A stretch of 63,801 nt of DNA, counting the filler, from Reclinomonas americana ATCC 50394 (lineage: Eukaryota): NCBI GenBank assembly GCA_048213135.1. It is 7 parts of 5 records of this genome, joined end to end, with 100 filler letters (N's around TTAATTAATTAA, not from the genome) between each part and the next. Parts side by side here need not be neighbours in the genome. Positions count along the whole stretch, not along the records: positions 1 to 24,735 come from PS015456.1; positions 24,836 to 37,982 come from PS015456.1; 5 more parts are not named here. One strand, 5' to 3'. The position numbers were made by a program, and so were the translations under genes. Positions within the stretch are counted from its first letter, which is position 1; each line of letters opens with the position of its first letter. Shown piece after piece: positions 14,325-25,108 of this stretch. The notes beneath the pieces are model-generated. The model saw only the letters and a program-made list of their open reading frames with translations, did no database searches and was not told the origin of the DNA.

Positions 14325-17300
14325 CGGAAGAGGAAGCTCTGTGGCTTCACGTCGCTCAGCAGCGAGGTGAACGCGTTGTCACCGTCGCGGAAGAGCCACA
14401 CGTGTCGCAAGGACACAGCCATCACCGGCGAGGTGTGGAATTCTACAGGGAACATCACTTGTTCCTCTTGCTCGCGCACGGCACTGAGGCGGGAGACCAC
14501 CGGTGTCTCCCAGTCGGGGCGTTGACGCGACGAGAACGACATGTTGCCGGCAGCTAGGCGGCCTTCGGTCGACGTCACGCTCGTGGCCAGCACGTGTAGT
14601 CGGAAACTGCGAATCTTGGCATCACTGTCGCCGGGCAGCAATGTCAGCACACTACACGGACTAGTGCGCGCGCGCGTGCGCAGAGACGCAACGAGTAGGT
14701 CACACAGCGGATGCGCAAGTCGTTGACGGAGATGGCGGCCGTCGAGCAGTAAATGCGAGTGTCGGAGTTGGGCGCCACGCTCAGCGCTGAGATGCCGAGC
14801 AACACCTCCGGAACGTGCGCTGGCACAGGGAGATGAGGGCGGTGAGTGTGAATTACTACGATGAGAATGAGGCGAAGTTGCACGTCACTCACCAAACGGC
14901 GGCTCGAACTTGACGAGGTCCTCGTACGTGCGCATGCCGCTGCCGTCGGCGAAACGCGACGGCGCCAGCAGCGTGGGAGTGGCCGTGAAGATGTGCGAGG
15001 CCGCAGCTGTGCGAGCGTCAGCACAACGAGAAGCACAAACTAACAAAAGGGGCGAAGTGAGACACGCACCAGTGCCCACGGCAATCGTGCTGTTCGGCAC
15101 GTTTTCCCACGAGCGGGTGGACTCCTTGTAGACGCACACGTGCAGTGCGGTGCTGCGGGAGGGGTTGAACTTCATGGCAAATCGCTTGCAGTAGCCCTCG
15201 GCGCCACATGCACCAAAGCCGACATCCGGGTCCTTGGCCGAATCGGTCAGCGGCATGGTCACCAGGCCGGCCTCCAGCGGCGACGTCGGTCCGCATGGTC
15301 GGCCCTCGGGAACGAGCGAGAAGCGCGTACATGGCGTGAAATGCGTGCCAATGACGCGCAGCAGGTTGTCCTGTCCAACGTCGGCCGCATTGCGGTTGAC
15401 GCCCGTCGGGATGGCATTGTTCACCTCTGCGCGTGTGCGTGTGTGGCAATCAGCAAATATTCAAAAAAAAAGAAATGGGAGGTGTCGGTGAATCATCAAC
15501 ATACCAGTGATGGCGAATCGCGAGATCTGCACGTACGAGCTGGCGGCGCCGGCCAGTCGCAAGCAGAGACGAGCGTCCGTGGTCGGCTGCGCCACCGCCG
15601 TGCAATCACCGCGCGTGTCGACTTCCTGTATTTGATGAAAGAGAACAATTTAGCAAAAATGCGTGCAAGAAAATGACAAGCGGCTTCCCCACTCAGGGTA
15701 CTCACCAGGGACACCGTGTCGGCCATGAGGCCGGCGGGCTTGACACGGGTATTGGCGACCGGGGTGGGCTTGTTGCAGTCGGTGGACGACAAGATGGCGG
15801 CCTCCGCGTCGTCGACCAAATTCGGCAACAAGCGCGCCATGACCACGACCTTGGCGCTCACCAAACCTCCGGGCACGGCGACCGGACTGACCACCGGGTT
15901 CACTGTGCGTGTGCGGAGACAGGAGAAGGAATCAGCAAAATAAAATAAAAATGAAAGCAGTGCAAACAGAATGACGCAACAAATGTGGAAACGACTGCCC
16001 TTTAGCGGCATGTAGGGACCGCCGACGGCCGGGTCCGGGTGCGTGCACAGGTACAAGTCATATGCCGCATTGCGTCTGCACCATTCCGCGCGTGTTAGAG
16101 AGAGAGAGAGCGGAGTAAAGAAAAATGAGACAATGGGGGACCTACCGAGCAGAAATATCAAACGAGAGGGTCAGCTTGTAGGAGCTGTTGGTGCCCACGT
16201 ACTGCTGCGAGACGACCGTGACGGGAATGTCCTGGTTGGGCAGCACGGTGACGGAGCACGCCGCATCGCGTCGCAGCACGTACGCCACATTGGTGTAGGG
16301 TGCATTGCGGTCGAGGAACTATCCAAAAAGATCAAAAATTAGCAACCAGTCCAAAGGAAAGATTCGTGAACGCAGATACACACGGTACCTGTCCAGTCAG
16401 CGTGAGCACGGTTGGCGTCGGGCTGCTGACCAGAATAACATCACGACTGCGGAACGAGGCAAAAAAATTCAGCCACGGGGTCGGGGGAGCGAGCGGTAAG
16501 AACTATCTGACATGCACGCAACGGCTGGTCCACGCAGAACTCGACAAACGAGATCTTCCAGAAGTGCACCTTTGGCACCACCTTGTTCTGTGCCTCCCGA
16601 TCGGCCACATTCAGCGTCCACCTGCACACCGACACTCTTTGGTTGAGCACACCAATTTATGCGGAAAAAAGTTGCTCACGTGTCATGGACGCAACATTCC
16701 GCCGACCTCCAGCCCGTCGAAAGCCGCAAACGACTCCGCCGGGCGGAAGTCATGCGCCGCATAGATGCGGTCGTCGGCGTTGACGTTCTCGTAGCTGCCC
16801 CACGACACCTCCTGAATGGAGCCCTCGAGACCGTACTCCCAAAACCACACTGAAAACCCACTGCGAGAGCCTCCGGTGCCATTCAACAGCGTCACCGTCT
16901 GCGCACATGTGCACACAAGAAGGAGGTGGCAGATTCAGAAAACATGCGACGCACACACAGAGAGAATGTGCACACCGCACCTTGCCAGATGGATGAACGA
17001 GCTGCGCAACCACATCTCGCGCAAAATGCGCCTCAATGTCTGTGCACGCGCATGAGAACGAGACACGCTACACGCACACACACATTGACACGCGCGCGCA
17101 CACACACCAACGTGCACATAAAAGCCGGCTCGGTCAAACAATTGCCCACTGTGCGTAGTGTCATCATCATCATGGCCATTGTGAGAATCTTGCAATATTT
17201 CCGCAGTGGCTCTCTCTCACACGCACGCACACACACACATTCTCTCTCTGTGAGTGAGACGCAACGGATATGCGGGCTCCAAGAGCAGCGAGTTTGAAGT

Positions 17301-17594
17301 AAAGTGACCGGTCTCCGTAAAAGTGAATGCTCCAGCGGCGCCCGCATCACTCGACGACACAGAGCTGAAACGCGCACATGGTTGTGTGTCCACACTGCCT
17401 AATGACGATGTCTGTTGCTGCTGTTGCTGTTGTTGTTGAGGAGGTAATGAGGAGGCAGGAGCGGGTGCGGGTGTTGATCGAGGAGGTTGTTGCTGTGCGA
17501 GTGTGAGCACTGCTGCTGCAGTGATGGCGATAATGACTGCCACGAGCACGAGGACGAGCAGTGGTAGTGGTCGTCGTCGACGCGTGACGATCAT
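14325..17594 (-). CDS. Secreted multidomain protein, paralog 1: signal peptide, P-domain-like, Cys-containing beta-sandwich modules, H-type lectin-like domains
   Basis: Signal peptide (LPLLVLVLVAVIIAITAAAVLTLA). P-domain-like TVTLLNGTGG...DFRPAESFAAFDGLEVGGMWTLNVAD...FWKISF. H-lectin-like VKFEPPFAHVPEVLLGISALSV...TRIYCSTAAIS and VMFPVEFHTSPVMAVSLRHVW. Confidence 0.75.
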
Positions 17595-18449
17595 CGCGTG
17601 TGATGTCAGAGTGAAGGGTGCAATGGATTTTTCACTGGGGGCGCTTCAATTTGAGAGTTACCCCCCTTTTGTCGTGCGGTGTGGTGACTCTGCGTGTGTG
17701 TGTGTGTGTGTATGGTGTGCTCTTCGTGTGTCTCCGAGTTTCTCCGTGATTATGTGTGCATTCGTCACGTTGGTTCACTCATCGCCATGCCACTGTATTA
17801 GTGTCCGGTTGGCGAAGCAACCGCTTTAGGCATGTGGGATTCAACGCGGCGCGGGCCCTCGCAGTCTCTCGGCGACTCAAATTTGCAATGCTGGCATTCG
17901 CCTATCCGCGAGTCTGTATGCCAGAGCCGCAAGTTCATCATCGCGATTGTTTTGCAAGCACCTGCGTCGGCTTTTTTTTTGTCGCTCTTGGCGTTCCTCT
18001 TATCAGAGCAGTGATGCTGGCTGTATGCCCCTGTAGCATGGATGCCCAAGAGAATGCCGTCGCTCAAGCTGTGTGACACAAAGTTACCGTGGTAGTATTC
18101 GACCAATACGCAGTTTTCCTGGAAGACAGAAAATCGCAGACGCCGACCATATACGCGTTCCATATCGCACCCTGCTGGGGTACCGTGTGTTTTCATTGGC
18201 CAACAACATCTACTCTGAATTTTCGAGTGAAGGAGAGAGAGAGAGGGAAAACACGATGCGAAGAAAACGCAGAGGCACACACAACCACCACCAGCACCAC
18301 TACCACCGCCGACCCACCTATGGGAAACTTTTTGCCGCAACACAAGTTGACATGATGATACGAATACAAAACAAGACAAGAGAGACAGGGGAAAGAAAAC
18401 ACACACAAAAAGACTTGGCTCGACGCAGTCTGTTCTTGCCGGCGCTGGC

Positions 18450-21400
18450 TCAAGCAAGAATGCCAAACACGGCCCACTGGTAGTCAATCTGTGTAATGGC
18501 GGCGACCGAGTTCGAGGCCAAGCAGATATCCATGGATGTGGCAGCGGTGTTGTCGACAGTCAGAGTGAAGTCGAGGCCACTGTTGTTGGCCGAGTTGATC
18601 TGCCAGCCCAGCGAGAACACCACGTACTGCGGTGCCGGCGTGGTCAACACATCCTGGAACGAGTGCGTGTTGCAGGAAACCGAGCTGATCGAAGATTGGC
18701 CACCCTGCAGCGCGTACTGGCCGCTGGTGGTGGTCGACGGGAATGCGAACCACGAGAACGCGAGGCGCGAAGCGCGAGAGTCGTTCAACAGGGCAGCACT
18801 GCGCGAGCGAGCGTGTCAGAAACAACGAAAGATATTACTGTAATAAATCCCCACATTACAACGCACCGGAAGTTGAAGTTGCGCGGCGAGGCGGTGGTAA
18901 CCTTGCTTGAGAAAGCGTTGGCCGTTTCCGAGAAAATCCACAAGTGGCGCAGGCCGACAATGATCGACGGCGTGGCGGAGTAGTCCACCGGGAAGCCAAT
19001 CGAGTCGTCTTGCTCACGAGAGGCCGGCACCGAGGCAGGCAGGCGCTCCCAATCGGCGCGACCGCGCGAGCCAAAGGTGATGTTGCCGGTCGACGACACA
19101 CGGCCCAGAGAGGCCGGTGAGTAGTGCGCCAGCACGTACACGCGGAAGCGGTTGATCTTGGTGGTTCTGCGGGAGGAGAATATGAGACCAAATACGCTCA
19201 TCTTTCTTTCAAGGGAGGGAAACTCCCCACTCACCCGTACGTGACGCAGCGGCAGCGCATGTCAATGGTGGTGATCGACACGGCCGAGCAGTACAGACGA
19301 GTGTCAGACGGGGCGACCACACCAAGAGCCGACAGACCGACAATAACGTCGGGGACGCGCGCAAACGGCGTGGAGAACGTCACCGTCTCCTCGTACGTGC
19401 GCACACCAGTGCCAGAGGCGAACTGCGACTCCGTGAACGCATCGTCCGCCGGGGTGAGCTCGGCCGCCACGGCAGCTGCACACGCAAACGCATACGGCAT
19501 AAACATCACCCTCCTTTTGCGTGCACACTCTCGAAAAATAGACGCAACTGCTGCCGGCGGTGACGATGCCGTTGGGGACCTCGGCCCAGGTGGCCTGGTC
19601 GTTGAGGAGGTAGCACACCTGCAATGACTTGCCTTGCGTGACAGTCATCTTGAAGGAGAAGCGGCGGCAGTAGTTCTGGTCGCTGCACGACGACAGGCCC
19701 ACAGTCGAGTCGACGGTGGAGTCGACGGTCAGGGCGCCAGTGAGAGCCGAGGCGATCACATTGGTCGGGGCGCAGGTGCTGCCGAGCGGCACCACCGAGT
19801 ACGAGGTGATTTCGGTGAAGAACTGGCCAAACACGTGCACCAGCGACTCCACATTGATCGGGATGGCATTCGGCGTCACGCCAGTCGGGGCCGGTTGGTT
19901 CGGGTCTGTGCTCACACAAACGACCACCAATGAGCGGGAGGGAGACCATGCACACAACAGTAGACACGGCAAACGCACCGCCAATCGACATGGTGGCAAT
20001 GTTCACGTACTCGGCAGTGGAGGTGAAGCGAGCGCACAGCGGAATGTTCACTTGCGGGCTGGCAAAGGTGACGACGCCGCTGACAAGCGCGCGAGTGGCA
20101 AAGTACTACAACATCACCCCCGCGACGTCAGCTCACCGACACGAATCTCTTTGGCGACAGCCTCTGCTATGCTGCTACTCACCAGCGCAATGTAGTTCGA
20201 GTCGAACGAGGCAAACGTGATCGACGTGTTGCTGACGGCAGTCGGCGCCGTGCATCCGTTGGACGACAGAATGAGAGCATCGGCGTCACCAGAGATGTTG
20301 GGCAAGTTGGCGGCGCGGATCACCACCTTGGACTTGATCAGACCCGAGGGCACCGAGAGCGGCGACACGGTCGGGGCCACTAAAGCGGAGATACATGTGA
20401 GTATGTGAAATCGTCCCTTTTTCCCTTCTGTGCCCACAAGGTGACGCAACAAATGTTGATCGGAGAACCGCTGAGCGGCATCCAGTAGCCGCCACTGTTC
20501 ACACCCGGGTTGGTGCAGAGGTTCAGCTGCACGGCAGCCGAGGTACGAGCCAGCGTGTTGAACGTCAGGGTGAACTGGAACAGCTGGGTGTTCGAGTTCA
20601 GCAGCGGGTTGCCAGCAGTGTAGCCGACCGGAATGGCGGCCTCGCCAGACAGCGGAGTCTTGCAGGAGGTGTCGGTGAAGAACTGCAGGGCCACCTGCGG
20701 GTAGGTCGGGCTCGGGGGAATCTACCACAGAGGAACACAACAGTGAGGAACCGAGCTGCGGCGACAGTGGAAAAGGGGGTGGAGCGACGAAACAATGCCC
20801 TCCATGCCAATGGCCAGCGACGCGTCACCAACGACCAGCGACACTTGCGCTCTGCATTATTGATACGAGTGAGCGACATGCAATGACAGAGCGGGCGCTT
20901 GCAGGCGGGCGACGCAACGGTGAAAAGATGCACCAGTCCTGGTACTGAATGACCCACTGGCGAAGGCTGGAGGTGAGCGCAGCATTGTTGCTGCCGTTGC
21001 CGTCGGTGGCAGTGACAGTCCAGCTGAAGCGCGGAGAGAGAAAGAACGAATGAGTGAGATGGTGGAGACAGTTAAAAAAGAAGAGCCAACATGAGACAAC
21101 GAAACTCTCCCGCGAGGGCAGTGTTGACAAATGTCGACAGCGACTGCGCCGGCTTGAAATCAAACTGGGTGGAGCCAACGCCAATGACATTGCTGTCACC
21201 ATCGCGAGCGGCCCAGGTGTTGTCGACGCTCTGAATGTTGCCCGACATGCCATTGTTCCAGAACCACGCCTTGATGCCCGTCAGCGACGCGCCACCAATG
21301 TGCTCGAACAGCGTAACCGTCTGTGCACAGTGCATAAGCACACAAGGAGAGACAGAGAGGAAGATATGCACATGTAGCAGGTCCGTACCCGTCCCGAGTG

Positions 21401-21841
21401 AGTCAGAGTCACGGAAAAGTCGGAGAGAACGTTGCCCTTGAGATCTGCACCGTTTTCCGCACAAAGTAAGAACCACAATGAAAAACGCAAGAGAATGCTG
21501 TGCACACACACTCACCGACGTAGATGTAGAGACCATCGGCAGAGGTGATTTGCACAGTGCTGTGCGTGTGTAACGGATGAATATTTCGTTACATCACACG
21601 CGCGCGTGCCACACACACACACACTCAACTTGGTGTTGGGGACCGTAATGGTCTTGCTGCCCGAGAACGTGGGTGCCAGCAGGTCCACTCGTCCTGAGTA
21701 GAACACACCCGAGCCGTCACTGTTGTACGACGACACAGGGCGGCAATCAATGGCCAACACCGCCAACGGCAGCACAACGAGTGCCAGTGCCACTGCAGCA
21801 ATGCATGCTGATGTTGATGTCCTTGGTGAACGGCGTCCCAT
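18450..21841 (-). CDS. Secreted multidomain protein, paralog 2 (same architecture, complete)
   Basis: Signal peptide (CIAAVALALVVLPLAVLA). P-domain-like LSDFSVTLTHSG...TVTLFEHIGG...FKPAQSLSTFVNTALAGDWTVTATD...LRQWVIQY. H-lectin-like VTFSTPFARVPDVIVGLSALGV and IGFPVDYSATPSIIVGLRHLW. Intron positions are shared with paralog 1. Confidence 0.8.
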
Positions 21842-22188
21842 CTTGTTTCCTCTCTCCACAACACACGCTTTCAGATAACACCTCGTGTCTCACGTGTCTC
21901 ACCTCTGTTTGAGAAACAACAGTGAGAAAAATTGCGCGCGAAAACAAGGGAAACCTCGTCGCACATTCACAAAAAGGCACACACGCACGCACACACACAT
22001 GACACAAATGACAGCGCGACGGTGGCAGAAAAGGACGAGAGAGAGAGACGCACACAATGAGTGCGTGTGCGTGCGACGCCAAACCTCGTGAGTGTGTGCG
22101 CGCAAGAGGACCAAAAGTTTTTCGTAACGGAAATGTCGCTTCCACGGGCCGCTCCGGTCGACCAAATGCTGACCACTTAACTTGCACA

Positions 22189-22582
22189 ATGCGGAGCCTG
22201 GCACTGGTTGCGCTCTCGCTGGTGCTGCTGCTCTGCGCGGCAAGCACCTGCTCAGCGTACTATACGTTGCGTCACCACAAATAGACGGTGGGCGCGGAGA
22301 GGACAATTTCCGACGCACTCACACGCCCACTCTCCGCTCTTCTCAGTGAGGAGTTCCACACTGCGGAGGACACAGAGTCGCTTCTGCAGCGCGTGTTTGG
22401 CGCCACGCCGCAGTCACCGGCGCAGAATCCGATGGACTGGTTCACTGAGCGTGTTCGTGAATGGGTGGCGTGGGCGCGCGGCTACCGCGCGGCCACTGCG
22501 GCCATGAGCACGCCCACTGATGCAGCGTATGACCCGCGTCGTGCATCAGTGCTGCTGAACGAGGACGAGATGAATGATGAAG
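22189..22582 (+). CDS. Secreted protein of unknown function, 3' part lost in gap
   Basis: MRSLALVALSLVLLLCAASTCSAYY signal peptide. Phase-2 intron 22266-22346 (C|GTTGCG...TTCTCAG) joins in frame to EEFHTAEDTESLLQRVFG...; next donor G|GTAATG. Confidence 0.6.
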
Positions 22583-22685
22583 GTAATGATGATTGAGATG
22601 TATTGATCACACTCACACTTGCGCGCACACATTGTAGTTGTTGGTGGTGGTGGTGCTGTTGTTTGTCATCTTCTCCTCATATGTG

Positions 22686-22734
<49 letters not shown>

Positions 22735-24609
22735 GTGGTGGTGTGTTGGTTGGNNNNNNNNNNNNNNNNNNNNNNNNNNNNNNNNNNNNNNNNNNNNNNN
22801 NNNNNNNNNNNNNNNNNNNNNNNNNNNNNNNNNNNNNNNNNNNNNNNNNNNNNNNNNNNNNNNNNNNNNNNNNNNNNNNNNNNNNNNNNNNNNNNNNNNN
22901 NNNNNNNNNNNNNNNNNNNNNNNNNNNNNNNNNNNNNNNNNNNNNNNNNNNNNNNNNNNNNNNNNNNNNNNNNNNNNNNNNNNNNNNNNNNNNNNNNNNN
23001 NNNNNNNNNNNNNNNNNNNNNNNNNNNNNNNNNNNNNNNNNNNNNNNNNNNNNNNNNNNNNNNNNNNNNNNNNNNNNNNNNNNNNNNNNNNNNNNNNNNN
23101 NNNNNNNNNNNNNNNNNNNNNNNNNNNNNNNNNNNNNNNNNNNNNNNNNNNNNNNNNNNNNNNNNNNNNNNNNNNNNNNNNNNNNNNNNNNNNNNNNNNN
23201 NNNNNNNNNNNNNNNNNNNNNNNNNNNNNNNNNNNNNNNNNNNNNNNNNNNNNNNNNNNNNNNNNNNNNNNNNNNNNNNNNNNNNNNNNNNNNNNNNNNN
23301 NNNNNNNNNNNNNNNNNNACCCTCCCCCCTCCACTCAAACGCCCTCACCTTTCTCCCCACCCCGCTCCCCTTTGCAAGTCTCTTCTCCCCCTCCCTTCCC
23401 TCGATCCTCACAAGCACACGATCTTTTCTCTCACACGCCTCCTTTCTCCACACCTCCACAACCGTCATCAGCAAGCTCTTCTCTCTCATCCTCCCTGTCT
23501 CCTTAACCTCTTCCCCTTCCCCTTCTGTCCTTTTCCAACTCACATCCCTCCCGCACACCAATCCCGTCTACTTCCTCGGATACTTCTTGTCCACTTGTCT
23601 CCCCTTTCTCCCCGCTTCTCTCTCTTTCTCGATCACAGCCTTGCCTGCCATCCTCCTTGTTTCCTCCTCGCCCTCTCGATCTCACTCTCATCGCCCCCCA
23701 TCACCGTCTTACATTTCCGACTTATTTATTCTCCTCCTCTTTTCTCTCTCTCTCATTCTCTCTCTCACATGCATCACAGTCTTGCTTCTCCTTTCTCTCT
23801 TTCTCAACTACCGTCTCATTATCCCCCTCACACAACAAATACGCCTCACTCTCTTTTCTCTTCTGGACCACTCGTCTCCCGCTCTTCCCCGTGTCGAGCA
23901 CATGGTCAATCTTTCTCTCTCACCCACACACATACTCGCTCCCTCCCTTTATGTTACATCCCAACAACAAGAGACGTCAGGTCGCTCACAGGCGAGGTAT
24001 CTGGGATCTCTCTCTCTATCTCTGTATCCGACGTCTCCCGTTTTCTGTGTCTCACACACACTCACAATGCGACCTTGTAAACAATCTCTCTCCGTCAAAA
24101 AGGCTTAAAGTCGATCTCTCTCTTTCTCATCCACACACACATCCTCGCTCCCTCAATGTCTCGACCCATGAAACCAAGAGACAGGCATCCACAAGCGCGT
24201 GAGGTGCTGGCATTCAGAAAAGATGCAGCACATGCATATGTCATTCAAACTCACTCTGTGACAAGCAAATACGACTCTCGATACACTCTTGCACTCCTTC
24301 CTCGCTGCTGGCAGCGACGGAACAAGACGTCGACAGCTCTTTCTCTCTCTCACACACTCACTCTATATCTCTGACACACAAACACACAAATCGTTCTCTC
24401 TCGAACGCACGCACTTTATCGACTCCCTTGCTCTCTCTCTTATTCAGAGACACAAACACTCTCTCGCTCTCCATCGAACACGGGCACACCATACGCATTA
24501 TCTGCTCTCGCATTCCCACCTCTCACACATACAATCACTCACATTTTCACTCCTATCCACAACCCAACCCTCTTCACTTCTCTCTCCCACAACCTCCATC
24601 AACCATTAA

Positions 24610-24636
24610 CTCTCTCTTTCTCTCTTTCTCTCTTCT

Positions 24637-24727
<91 letters not shown>

Positions 24728-24842
24728 GTCGTCGTNNNNNNNNNNNNNNNNNNNNNNNNNNNNNNNNNNNNNNNNNNNNTTAATTAATTAANNNNNNNNN
24801 NNNNNNNNNNNNNNNNNNNNNNNNNNNNNNNNNNNTCGTCTC

Positions 24843-24937
<95 letters not shown>

Positions 24938-24970
24938 GCTCCGTCTCTCTCTCTCTCTCCATCTCTCTCG
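24610..24970. repeat. (CT)n microsatellites flanking an artificial join
   Basis: Long CT runs on both sides of the linker. Confidence 0.9.
24736..24835. other. Artificial 100-bp scaffold join (44 N + TTAATTAATTAA + 44 N); also at 37983-38082, 52020-52119, 55632-55731, 59792-59891, 61891-61990
   Basis: Identical six-frame-stop 12-mer centred in equal N runs, six times. Confidence 0.97.
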
Positions 24971-25108
24971 CTTGCAAGAGTTGTCGCTGCTCTCTCGTCG
25001 ACGGTGACGGGCAGAGTTTCTATGTGTGACATCAAGAGAGTGGACACCTCAGATTGTAAATTCTAATTCATGCTTTCACCACGCACTCCCATGTTCATTT
25101 CTTCTCGA

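Noticed and set aside
17600..18440. Short hairpins (CGGTTG/CAACCG, CTGGCAT/ATGCCAG) and a T-run suggesting an ncRNA or snRNA
   Set aside because: No recognisable U1/U2/U5/U6, SRP, RNase P or tRNA motif, and stems this short are expected by chance.
23320..24610. Long ORFs in C/T-rich sequence (also 28721-30450 and 31247-32565)
   Set aside because: Stop-poor low-complexity DNA giving Leu/Ser/Pro/Phe strings, with no coherent exon structure on that strand.
24780..24791. TTAA-containing palindromes as piggyBac target sites or a regulatory motif
   Set aside because: Always centred in 44+44 Ns; this is an assembly linker.
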